A stretch of DNA of 32,150 nt from a virus, in UHGV virus genome UHGV-0070112, one strand, 5' to 3'. Below are positions 24,253 to 32,150 of this stretch, one piece after another (position 1 is the stretch's first letter; each line of letters starts with the position of its first letter). The position numbers and the translations under genes were made by a program. The notes beneath the pieces are model-generated. The model was not told the origin of the DNA and did no database searches. It saw only the letters and a program-made list of their open reading frames with translations.

Positions 24253-25080
24253 ATGTCTCAGTTAGACAGCGGTACTTTTCAGCAGGTTAAAGACCTGGTG
24301 CTTTCCGGTTATCACCTGAACGATATCCACGGCCTGGCCTGCCCGACCGCCCTGTTACCTCAAAATACAAGCGTTGAAAGCCTGGAGCGTTTTTCTTATG
24401 AGCGCTTCCGTTTCCGTGGCGCCATGGACACAACCAGTATTGATGATTTCGTTCGCTATTCTGTTGGTTATGCCCAGGAAGAAGAAAAAGCACGTTGCTT
24501 TATTGATGCCGATAACATGCTTGCTCGCTCTATCTTCAACATCGGTACGCTGGATAACCCAGGCCACGCTGATAACGTCGCCTCGATCAAGCTTAAGAAG
24601 ACAGCACCCTTCCGCGCGTTACTGGCGATCAACGGCGATCACCTTAATCAGAAGCAAATCGCCGAATGGCTCGAAGACTGGAGCGACTATCTCACTGCGT
24701 TCGATGCTGACGGACAGACAATGAAAATGGCACAGGCGGCGCAGGCGGTTCGCCGTGTCACTATCCAGCAAACTAATGCCGCCGATCATGAAGACGGTGA
24801 TTTCAGCGGCAAAAAATCGCTGATGCAAAGTATCGAAGCCAGCAGTAAAGATGTTATGCCGGTCGCTTTTGAATTTATGTGTGTACCGTATGAGGGCTTG
24901 GGCGAGCGTCGTTTCAGTCTGCGCAACAGCCTGCTGAAAAGTAGCGACCCGGTGTTTGTTCTGCGCATTGTCCAGTTGGAGGCGCAGGAAGAAGCGATCG
25001 CCAATGAGTTCCGTGACCTGTTGGTTGGCAAGTTCGACGGCAAGCCGGTAGAAACCTTCATCGGTAACTTCAAAGCCTAA
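24253..25080 (+). CDS. DUF2303-like prophage protein (from recollection)
   Basis: 275 aa; size and position match DUF2303/YfdQ-type proteins of lambdoid prophage early-left operons as I recall them. Confidence 0.5.
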   Translation: MSQLDSGTFQQVKDLVLSGYHLNDIHGLACPTALLPQNTSVESLERFSYERFRFRGAMDTTSIDDFVRYSVGYAQEEEKARCFIDADNMLARSIFNIGTLDNPGHADNVASIKLKKTAPFRALLAINGDHLNQKQIAEWLEDWSDYLTAFDADGQTMKMAQAAQAVRRVTIQQTNAADHEDGDFSGKKSLMQSIEASSKDVMPVAFEFMCVPYEGLGERRFSLRNSLLKSSDPVFVLRIVQLEAQEEAIANEFRDLLVGKFDGKPVETFIGNFKA

Positions 25081-25209
25081 TTCAAAGCCTGATTGCTCAG
25101 CCTTAAATCCCCGCAGCTGCGGGGATTTATTGAAGCGTAATCCTGTAATTAATCGCCACCTGGCGAGGGATTCCTACACCCAAAAAACAGCGCTGTGCAG
25201 GCGTAAAGT

Positions 25210-25749
25210 ATGGAGAAAAAAATGAGCTTTATTCAAACCTTTTCAGGCAAACATTTTAACTATCTCGACATCCAGCAAGACGCCATCGAGATCGAAGATA
25301 TTGCTAATGCACTCTCGAACATCTGCCGCTTTGCCGGTCACCTGCCTGAGTTCTACAGCGTCGGCCAGCACAGCGTTTTAACAAGCCAACTGGTACCTCA
25401 AGAATTTGCGCTTGAAGCGCTGCTGCATGACGCCGCCGAGGCATATTTGCAGGATATCCCTGCCCCATTGAAACGCCTTCTTCCTGACTACCGCGCCATT
25501 GAAGATCAGGTTGATGCAGCTATTCGCCAAAAATTCGGCCTGCCGGCTGAGCAGCACCCAACCGTTAAATATGCCGACCTGGTGATGCTGGCCAGCGAAC
25601 GTCGCGACTTTGAGATCGACTACGGCACCCACTGGCCGATGCTCGACGGCGTCATTCCTACTGACCAGTTTGTGATTAATCCCGTCCGCCCGGGCCAGTC
25701 TTACGGCATGTTCATGAACCGCTTTAACCAACTGATGGAGCGGCGCTAA
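25210..25749 (+). CDS. HD-domain phosphohydrolase
   Basis: 179 aa; His at ICRFAGH and HD dyad at ALLHDAAEAYLQD, consistent with the HD metal-dependent phosphohydrolase fold. Confidence 0.6.
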   Translation: MEKKMSFIQTFSGKHFNYLDIQQDAIEIEDIANALSNICRFAGHLPEFYSVGQHSVLTSQLVPQEFALEALLHDAAEAYLQDIPAPLKRLLPDYRAIEDQVDAAIRQKFGLPAEQHPTVKYADLVMLASERRDFEIDYGTHWPMLDGVIPTDQFVINPVRPGQSYGMFMNRFNQLMERR

Positions 25750-25949
25750 TGGCACATGTGAAAGTGAAAGAATTGGTTGCTGCAGCATACGCTGCAGCAC
25801 CTGACCTACCACCAGCAGCAGCACAATTAATGCAAGACATAGCGTCAAGGCTGGATGTCACCTTTGTCGCCCTTACAGAGGCAATGGACCAGAACACCGC
25901 TATGGCCGCGATGATAGCGAACCTGAGCGAGGAAAACAGAAATGGCTAA
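25749..25949 (+). CDS. Hypothetical small protein
   Basis: 66 aa, Ala-rich; ATG overlaps the upstream stop and its 3' end overlaps the ParB-like start. Confidence 0.4.
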   Translation: MAHVKVKELVAAAYAAAPDLPPAAAQLMQDIASRLDVTFVALTEAMDQNTAMAAMIANLSEENRNG

Positions 25950-26727
25950 AAACTCGATCGATGCTTATGGCGCCAGCGGCAAGACAAACGTTCTGATGTT
26001 CGAGCCGGAAAATCTGCATATTGTCACTGACAAGGCCCACCCGCTTTACGATGAGCGAGTCAGTCTGCCGATCGATGAAGGGATGGTGCTGAATATCAAG
26101 GAGCTGGGTGTTCTTGAGCCGATTATTGTCTGGAAAGACCCTGAAAAGGGGCTCACCTGTGTGGTTGTCGGTCGTCAGCGCGTTAAACATACGCTGGAAG
26201 CCAATAAGCTCCTGCTGAAAGAAGGCAAAACACCGCTGCTTGTTCCTGGAGTCGTTAAGCGTGGGTCGGCATACCAAATGGCCAAATACATGGTTAGCGA
26301 AAACGAAATACGCCGACCTGATACGCCGTTAGGTCGCGCTAAGAAAATGTCCGACGCGCTGGACCGTGGTCATGACGAGGACGACCTTGCGGTGTTGTTT
26401 GGCTGTAGCGTTCAGACCGTACGAGCAACGCTGTCACTACTCGATGCTACCCAGGCTGTTCGGGAAGCGGTGGAGTCCGGCACAGTCACCGTTACCCAGG
26501 CGCGTCAGCTTGGCGCGCTCCCACCTGAAGAGCAGCGGGCAAAAGTGGCAGAAATCGAGCTGGCGACAGCTGGTACCAAAGGCCATGAAAAATCCCGTCG
26601 GCAGCGTCAGGTTCTCGGTGAGGCAAAGCGGCGCATCAAATCACGTAAGGAAATCACAAAAGCCCTCGAAGATGCCAGCGGCGAATATGCCGAGGCTCTG
26701 CTCTGGGTACTTGGGGAGGCGAAATGA
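25942..26727 (+). CDS. ParB-like nuclease-domain protein
   Basis: 261 aa; N-terminal ParB/Srx-like region (LEPIIVWKDPEKGLTCVVVGRQRVKH), central HTH-like segment, basic C-terminus. RBS GAGGAAAACAGAA. Confidence 0.65.
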   Translation: MAKNSIDAYGASGKTNVLMFEPENLHIVTDKAHPLYDERVSLPIDEGMVLNIKELGVLEPIIVWKDPEKGLTCVVVGRQRVKHTLEANKLLLKEGKTPLLVPGVVKRGSAYQMAKYMVSENEIRRPDTPLGRAKKMSDALDRGHDEDDLAVLFGCSVQTVRATLSLLDATQAVREAVESGTVTVTQARQLGALPPEEQRAKVAEIELATAGTKGHEKSRRQRQVLGEAKRRIKSRKEITKALEDASGEYAEALLWVLGEAK

Positions 26728-26858
26728 ACTTTGAACCTGAAAATTACAGCCGGCGCGCCCTTCTCTGGTTTGCGGCACTGGTTAGTGTTGCCGGGTGGGT
26801 TGCAGTAGTCGCTGTGACCTGGGGCGTATGCATGATGATCGAATGGGTGACGGCATGA
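26724..26858 (+). CDS. Hypothetical 44-aa membrane peptide
   Basis: Manual translation MNFEPENYSRRALLWFAALVSVAGWVAVVAVTWGVCMMIEWVTA. ATG overlaps the ParB-like stop and its stop overlaps the next ATG. Confidence 0.4.
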   Translation: MNFEPENYSRRALLWFAALVSVAGWVAVVAVTWGVCMMIEWVTA

Positions 26859-27079
26859 AAGTGAAATGCATCAAAGATACCGAGGGTTGGTGGACTGAGG
26901 GTGAAATGTATCCTGCCCGTGTAGTTGCTGGCGGGTTTGTCCAAGTCGGCGACGATGACGATCCCAATGGCGAAGGCTGGAGCGCTGCACCAATGGAATA
27001 TCGGGAAGATGGCTCGATAGTTTATCAGGTCGGCGGTATTGAGGGTGATGCGTTATTCGAGGAGGCCAGCCATGACTGA
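26855..27079 (+). CDS. Hypothetical small acidic protein
   Basis: Start revised to ATG 26855 (MKVKCIKDTEGWW...), 74 aa; the longer track ORF starts upstream without a convincing RBS. Confidence 0.4.
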   Translation: MKVKCIKDTEGWWTEGEMYPARVVAGGFVQVGDDDDPNGEGWSAAPMEYREDGSIVYQVGGIEGDALFEEASHD

Positions 27080-28106
27080 TATCACCGAACTGGCGCAGGG
27101 TGACATCGACCGGCGTTGTCTGGCAGAAAACACCTTTAATTTGATTTCCATGTCCGGCGGGAAAGACTCGTTAGCCCAATGCCTGTATGCCGTAGAGAAC
27201 GGCGTGAAGCACGATCGGGTGTTTGCTGATACGGGCCATGAACACCCTCAGACGATGGAATATCTGGATTATCTTGAACAAAAGCTGGGTCCGATTCGCC
27301 GGGTAAAAGCTGATTTCACTCGCCAGATTGAGGGTAAACGTAAATTCATTGCAGAAAAATGGCCGGTTTCCCTCGTTGAAGAATGCGGGATGTCTCACGA
27401 TGAAGCGGAGGAGCGTATCGCCCGTGCACTGGAAATCCTCCACCCAACCGGTAATCCATTTCTGGACCTGTGCATGTGGAAAGGTCGATTCCCGAGCACA
27501 AAAGCGCGGTTCTGCACGTTCGACCTTAAACATGAGCCTGTACGCACTCAGGTGGTGCTACCGGCGCTTGATGAATATGACGAGGTTATTAGTTGGCAGG
27601 GCGTACGCGCCCAAGAATCGCCAGCGCGGGCTGGCCTGCCGATGTGGGAAGAGGATGCAGATAATACTCCTGGTCTGCACGTCTATCGCCCAATTCTCAA
27701 TTGGCTGCATGAAGATGTGTTTGCTATTGCAAAACGCCATGGAATTAAGCCAAACCCACTATATCTGCAAGGCTGTAGTCGCGTTGGGTGTATGCCATGC
27801 ATTCACGCTCGAAAATCTGAATTAGCGGAGATTTTCCAGCGTTGGCCGGAGGAAATAGCCAGGGTAGCAAAGTGGGAGCGCTTCGTTGCAGCTTGCTCTC
27901 GCCGCGGCAACTCTACATTTTTCCCATCAACCCATGATCCGCGCCGGGCAGAACGTCGTATAGACGTTATCACGGTGGACGGTTACGGGATTGAAACCTA
28001 TCGCGACTGGGCGATGACAACCCGAGGCGGAGCCCAGTTCGATTTACTGGCTGAAGCTAACGACAAATCCGTGTGTAGCAGCGTTTATGCAGGGGTGTGT
28101 GAGTGA
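27072..28106 (+). CDS. PAPS-reductase-like (phosphoadenosine phosphosulfate reductase family) protein
   Basis: Start revised to ATG 27072 with strong GAGGAGG RBS. P-loop-like SMSGGKDS near the N-terminus and Cys-rich C-terminal region (CSRVGCMPC). Confidence 0.7.
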   Translation: MTDITELAQGDIDRRCLAENTFNLISMSGGKDSLAQCLYAVENGVKHDRVFADTGHEHPQTMEYLDYLEQKLGPIRRVKADFTRQIEGKRKFIAEKWPVSLVEECGMSHDEAEERIARALEILHPTGNPFLDLCMWKGRFPSTKARFCTFDLKHEPVRTQVVLPALDEYDEVISWQGVRAQESPARAGLPMWEEDADNTPGLHVYRPILNWLHEDVFAIAKRHGIKPNPLYLQGCSRVGCMPCIHARKSELAEIFQRWPEEIARVAKWERFVAACSRRGNSTFFPSTHDPRRAERRIDVITVDGYGIETYRDWAMTTRGGAQFDLLAEANDKSVCSSVYAGVCE

Positions 28107-28279
28107 TTGATCTTGCTGAGTGCGAAGCACGTGCACTCATTAAAAACCTGCAGCAGCGGATAAAGTGGAAAGAGGAATTAGCTCCTCTCAATCATCTTGA
28201 AGCGCAAGACCTGATTATTTATCGGATAGCACTTGAGGCGCTCGAAGAGGCATTGAATGAACGAAAAATTATTGAATGA
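28103..28279 (+). CDS. Hypothetical 58-aa protein
   Basis: Manual translation (M)IDLAECEARALIKNLQQRIKWKEELAPLNHLEAQDLIIYRIALEALEEALNERKIIE. GTG start overlaps the PAPS-reductase-like stop. Confidence 0.35.
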   Translation: MIDLAECEARALIKNLQQRIKWKEELAPLNHLEAQDLIIYRIALEALEEALNERKIIE

Positions 28280-28416
28280 CGACGTGAAAATTCTCCTTCG
28301 TCAGATAGAAGACGGCAAGCCATATGTCGAACTTATTAACTTCATGGTTAATCAGTTCGGATTGACGTACCGAGAGGCGCAGGAAGTCCATGAGAAGTTG
28401 AGTCGGGAGAGTGATT
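28255..28416 (+). CDS. Hypothetical 53-aa protein
   Basis: Manual translation MNEKLLNDDVKILLRQIEDGKPYVELINFMVNQFGLTYREAQEVHEKLSRESD. GAGG RBS; the next gene starts 2 nt after its stop. Confidence 0.35.
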
Positions 28417-28418
28417 AA

Positions 28419-29297
28419 ATGACCAATAACCAGTTAAACAGAGAACGTCTGGAAAAAATTAAATCATGGCGTGAAACCTATGGATCTGAAAGCAACGTAA
28501 TGCTGCCAGCAGAAGAAGCGGAAGAGCTGGCCCGCATGGCGCTGGACGCAATGGACGGTGAGCCGGTTGTGTTCACAGATGAACGAAACCTTCATCATAT
28601 TGCTATGGGCCGAGAAACATCTCTGATTTGGGGTAAACAAAACCAGCTGGCGGGGGATATCCCGCTCTATCGCCACGCGCAGCCAGCGCCGGACCGCGAG
28701 CAGGTACGCCGTGAGCACGCCGAGTGGTCACAGGCTACGTTCGGTAATGTCGGCCCGGTTGGCCCACTGAAGCACCTGGCAAAAGAGGCTATGGAGGCCG
28801 CAGCGGAACCAGATGACCTGTCGGAGTGGGCTGATATGCAATTCCTGCTGTGGGATGCCCAGCGCCGGGCTGGTATTACAGACGAGCAGATTACCCAGGC
28901 GATGATCGAAAAACTGGCGGTGAACAAACAGCGCGAATGGCCTGAGCCGAAAGACGGTGAGCCGCGGTTGCACATTAAAGATCAACCATCGGCGGTAGGG
29001 CCAGTAACAGATGCTATGGCTTACGCATTCCATCATGCGCTAACCGATGGTCCCCTGGGTGATGACGATGTGGAGGATATTAAGATCGGATTGAGAGCAG
29101 CTTTCGCTAATGTAACCACCTATCAGCCATTACCAGTAGTGCTGAAAGAGCATCAAATCCGTGAACTAATCAATAAACTGCGTGATATAGCTATTGAATA
29201 TCACAGTACACAACAATTGCGTGAGCATATTGCTTGTGTTGTCCACGCCGCTATGAGCGCGATCGCACCACCAGCGCCAAAAAGCGCAGTTAATTAA
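28419..29297 (+). CDS. DUF550-like (dATP/dGTP pyrophosphohydrolase-type) domain protein
   Basis: 292 aa; central REHAEWSQATFGNVGPVGPLKHLAKEAMEAAAEPDDLSEWADMQFLLWD resembles the DUF550/MazG-like domain of lambdoid early-left proteins as I recall it. Confidence 0.55.
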   Translation: MTNNQLNRERLEKIKSWRETYGSESNVMLPAEEAEELARMALDAMDGEPVVFTDERNLHHIAMGRETSLIWGKQNQLAGDIPLYRHAQPAPDREQVRREHAEWSQATFGNVGPVGPLKHLAKEAMEAAAEPDDLSEWADMQFLLWDAQRRAGITDEQITQAMIEKLAVNKQREWPEPKDGEPRLHIKDQPSAVGPVTDAMAYAFHHALTDGPLGDDDVEDIKIGLRAAFANVTTYQPLPVVLKEHQIRELINKLRDIAIEYHSTQQLREHIACVVHAAMSAIAPPAPKSAVN

Positions 29298-29324
29298 TAA
29301 TTTTCCCCGGGTGCAGCCGGGGTA

Positions 29325-29543
29325 ATGGAGAAATCTATGCTGAGCCTCGATTGTGTTCCCATCTCAACTTATTGCAAAGAGACAGGCGAAACCCCTGATG
29401 CCATAAATAAGCGCATCCAGCGTGGCGTATGGCGTGAAGGAGTACAGGTGCTAAAGGTCGAAGGCGTTAAGGAAAGATGGATAGATCTTAGTGAGGTTGC
29501 AAAATGGGCTCGACAAAATCGCCTAAACTCCCGCGCGGCGTAA
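29325..29543 (+). CDS. xis: Excisionase-like protein
   Basis: 72 aa, immediately upstream of and overlapping the integrase gene; small basic HTH-like protein. True start may be the ATG at 29337. Confidence 0.5.
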   Translation: MEKSMLSLDCVPISTYCKETGETPDAINKRIQRGVWREGVQVLKVEGVKERWIDLSEVAKWARQNRLNSRAA

Positions 29544-30694
29544 CGATCAGGAAACATAGTACTGGGGAAACTATCAATATTACCTTTACCTATAAGGGGG
29601 TGAAATGCCGGGAACCTTTATCAAACCTTGAAGTTAATAGCAAAAACATAAAATACGCCGAGCGAACACTCGGCGAAATACACAATAAAATTGAGCGGGG
29701 TACATTCAATTATGGTGAACACTTTCCCCGTTCGGCACGACTTAAAATATTTGGTAATGCTTCAACAGGAAAAACGGTAAAAAATTATCTCGATGAATAT
29801 CTTGTAATTTGTGAAACGAGAAAATTATCTCCTTCAACAATCGGCGGATATAAGAAATGTTTAAATGCTTTGGCATCACTTCACGTTTTTCCTGCCAGTG
29901 AATTAACACCTGCTGCTTTAAAAACATGGATCCAGAGTCAGAAAACGACATTAAAAACGATTAGGAACCAACTTTCATTCCTACGCTCAGCACTGGATGA
30001 AGCTGTGACTGATGGTGTATTACAGATTAACCCAGTTTCACTGGTGACAGCCTCGCGCTACCAGAGCAGTAAAACCGAGGATGAAAGTGATTATATTGTT
30101 GATCCGCTTTCACCGGCCGAGGTTGAAGCGCTTTTGCATGCCGCAGGTAACAAGCAGTGGGAAAACATATTCCGCTTTGCAATTGAAACCGGGCTACGTA
30201 GTTCTGAACTCTGCGCCCTCCGTTGGCGCGATATCGACTTTATCGGCAAAACAGCGCATGTGCAAAATGCCAGCGTAGTGGGGGTAATTAAGGGCACGAA
30301 AACTAAAGCTGGAACACGTAAAGTTGAGTTAACCGAAGAAGCCTTGTATGCCCTGATTTCTCAGAAGCCTTTCACCTTTATTAAAGATGCAACGATCTTT
30401 GAGGATCCCAAGACAGAAAAACCATGGGCGGGTGCCGATGCGATAAGAAAGAAAGCTTGGGTGCCAACTTTACGCAAAGCCGGGATCAGGTACCGCAATC
30501 CATACCAGACCAGGCATACGTTCGCGACCAGGCATATTAGTCGAGGCGCTAACCTGTTCTGGCTCGCATCGCAGATGGGACACAAAGGGCCTGAAATGTT
30601 GTTCAGGCATTATGGACGCTATCTGAAGGAGTATGACGGCAACACTGAAAAACGACCCAAGCTGGTCAGCGGTGGAACCTCAAAGGAGCCGTAA
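29504..30694 (+). CDS. int: Tyrosine integrase (lambda-Int family)
   Basis: 396 aa; C-terminal catalytic region with RHTFATRHISRGANLFWLASQMGHKGPEMLFRHYGRY (R, H-x-x-R, Y). Last phage gene before the attachment core. Confidence 0.85.
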   Translation: MGSTKSPKLPRGVTIRKHSTGETINITFTYKGVKCREPLSNLEVNSKNIKYAERTLGEIHNKIERGTFNYGEHFPRSARLKIFGNASTGKTVKNYLDEYLVICETRKLSPSTIGGYKKCLNALASLHVFPASELTPAALKTWIQSQKTTLKTIRNQLSFLRSALDEAVTDGVLQINPVSLVTASRYQSSKTEDESDYIVDPLSPAEVEALLHAAGNKQWENIFRFAIETGLRSSELCALRWRDIDFIGKTAHVQNASVVGVIKGTKTKAGTRKVELTEEALYALISQKPFTFIKDATIFEDPKTEKPWAGADAIRKKAWVPTLRKAGIRYRNPYQTRHTFATRHISRGANLFWLASQMGHKGPEMLFRHYGRYLKEYDGNTEKRPKLVSGGTSKEP

Positions 30695-30751
30695 AGGATC
30701 CGCAGCAAAACGCTACATTTTTTTATCACTGTTTATCATGAGGTTATAAAG

Positions 30752-30787
30752 TTTCGGGCGCGGGTTCAACTCCCGCCAGCTCCACCA
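30752..30787 (+). other. ssrA: Attachment core: 3'-terminal segment of the tmRNA gene ssrA
   Basis: TTTCGGGCGCGGGTTCAACTCCCGCCAGCTCCACCA matches my recollection of the E. coli tmRNA 3' end (T-arm-like stem, acceptor end, CCA). Only ~36 nt; upstream is integrase coding sequence. Confidence 0.6.
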
Positions 30788-30845
30788 AAATTCTCCATCG
30801 GTGATTACCAGAGTCATCCGATGAAGTCCTGAGAGCCCGCATGGC

Positions 30846-30868
30846 GCAAGCCCTGCGGGCTTTTTTGT
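30846..30868 (+). terminator. Intrinsic terminator in flanking DNA
   Basis: Stem AAGCCC / GGGCTT with loop TGC, followed by TTTTTTG. Confidence 0.4.
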
Positions 30869-31094
30869 GTCTGTATCGGTCTGGCGGGAATGACTGAGAA
30901 CCGCAGCCTTGTGGTACCTTTTTGGGCTCCAGGAGAAAAGAGCCAAAAAACGCGGGTCCTAAAATGGCAAAACTCATTAAGAAGCTCATTGCGGCTAAAA
31001 GCACAAGCATGAAGCCTTCAGAGCAGACAGCCTGAATATCTGTAATGGGTCAGGCAACGGTTGCCTGCACAATATGAGAAACCGCTGCGACTAT

Positions 31095-31574
31095 TCAGGC
31101 AAGGCAATCAACGGCATGGAAAAAGAGCTCTTCCGTCATGATGACATTCTCTTTTTCGCTCTGCTGTTCGCGGCGGATAAACCAGCCCGTTTCCGGCGCC
31201 ATGCTCAGGTAAAACAGCTGAGTGATTCCGGGGGCATTAACCCGCATTGTCATGCAGCCCGTTTCCGCACCTCGACAGAGCTGTTCAGGTACGATGCTGA
31301 CGTGACGATCGCCGTTCTGGAGCCGGATTGTGGTGATGTCATAACGGCATATACCGCTGTTCAGGCTATAGCCGATCGTGCTCAGATCATGAATATGCTT
31401 TGTTGATAGAATGACCTCAATGCCGGAACCCGCAAACCACTGGCTGATTTGCTGCACCAGCGCATCCATCCGGCGGCGGAATGCCTGAATTTCTGCCTCA
31501 GCGGTTTTATTGCCGGGCGGTGTGCTCTCGGAGTTCTGCTGCACTTTCTTAAAAAAACGTTCTCTGGCCGACAC
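31095..31574 (-). CDS. Hypothetical protein (flanking, outside prophage)
   Basis: 159-aa ORF to the right of the attachment core; no recognisable motif. Confidence 0.4.
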   Translation of the reverse strand: MSARERFFKKVQQNSESTPPGNKTAEAEIQAFRRRMDALVQQISQWFAGSGIEVILSTKHIHDLSTIGYSLNSGICRYDITTIRLQNGDRHVSIVPEQLCRGAETGCMTMRVNAPGITQLFYLSMAPETGWFIRREQQSEKENVIMTEELFFHAVDCLA

Positions 31575-31675
31575 GTTATCGCCCCCGTTAACTTTTAATA
31601 CGTTGTGAGATATGCGCTGAGCGGCATTCTCTTTTTTTCATCGCCTCTCCCGCCACCTTATTTTTCGTAAACAGA

Positions 31676-32137
31676 TTAAGCGCACAGCACTGCGGCACGG
31701 GCGGGATCGATGGCAATCAGCTCGGCAAGCAGGCGATCCATAGCAGACTGCAGGCGGTTTTTGTCGGTTTCACTGCGCCCGGCCTTCATGCGTAGCAGCC
31801 TGAGGTGGCGGGCTTTGACTTCGAACAGCAGACCTGTCTCCCATTGTGCCAGCGGAATTCCGGCAGCATCCGCGCCCAGTTCCGCCAGCAGGTGTTGCGC
31901 CAGCTCATTTTTGCCAGTCTGCTCGGCAATACGCGCCATCAGCAGGCGCAGCAGCCAGCGGCTGCGCACGCTGGTGATACCCGGGCGGTTCTGCAGCCAG
32001 GCCAGCGCCGCCTCCGGGCCGTCGCTGTCGGCAACCGCGAGGGCCTCCGGCTCCAGCAGCAGAATATCGTCATCGCCGGATGCGGTAGCGGCGCTGGCGG
32101 CAGTATCATCCCGCCAGCCTGCGGCGTTCTCCAGCAC
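31676..32137 (-). CDS. Hypothetical protein (flanking; true start may lie beyond the window)
   Basis: 153-aa Ala/Leu-rich ORF near the right edge. The overlapping plus-strand ORF 31805..32149 is taken as its antisense shadow. Confidence 0.4.
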   Translation of the reverse strand: MLENAAGWRDDTAASAATASGDDDILLLEPEALAVADSDGPEAALAWLQNRPGITSVRSRWLLRLLMARIAEQTGKNELAQHLLAELGADAAGIPLAQWETGLLFEVKARHLRLLRMKAGRSETDKNRLQSAMDRLLAELIAIDPARAAVLCA

Positions 32138-32150
32138 CTGCTGTTGTAAC

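Noticed and set aside
31805-32149. 114-aa plus-strand ORF at the right edge
   Set aside because: Antisense to the better-looking minus-strand ORF 31676..32137; Ala/Gln/Arg-rich composition typical of a GC-rich shadow frame.

Overview
Nearly the whole window (1 to ~30790) is one lambdoid prophage, read here by manual translation and motif recognition only; no database search was possible. Layout, left to right: terminase large and small subunits and an HNH endonuclease (minus strand, with a probable cos gap), a small-gene moron region, the lysis cassette (holin-like proteins, GH19-type endolysin, overlapping spanins), a TerB-like gene, an ORF-poor late-leader-like region, a tRNA-Thr(UGU)-like gene split by an HNH endonuclease ORF, a beta-class N6-adenine methyltransferase, an AT-rich three-gene cassette on the opposite strand, antiterminator Q, a nin-like block (HNH-like motif protein, KilA-N protein, RusA, LexA-DBD protein, large C5-cytosine methyltransferase, Dam-like methyltransferase, PerC-like), an O-like replication initiator with internal iterons, cII-like, cro, operators, cI, a probable PL promoter, a ~1.1 kb GC-rich ORF-poor stretch, an early-left operon (DUF2303-like, HD-domain, ParB-like, PAPS-reductase-like, DUF550-like), excisionase and tyrosine integrase. 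The prophage ends at a core matching the 3' end of the tmRNA gene ssrA (30752-30787); the last ~1.3 kb is flanking DNA. The best candidate for an undescribed system is the three-gene cassette at 10643-12206 (one soluble 294-aa protein plus two small membrane proteins) sitting between Q and the late-operon leader; its function is unknown and nothing in it matches a family I can name. Other points worth follow-up: the split tRNA, a paired-motif element present in two transcription units, the GC-rich untranslated stretch after PL, a LexA-DBD protein coupled to the C5 methyltransferase, and three orphan methyltransferases. The terminase large subunit ORF is absent from the supplied ORF track and was found by hand. 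Several track start codons were revised where a better ribosome-binding site or start/stop overlap was visible.
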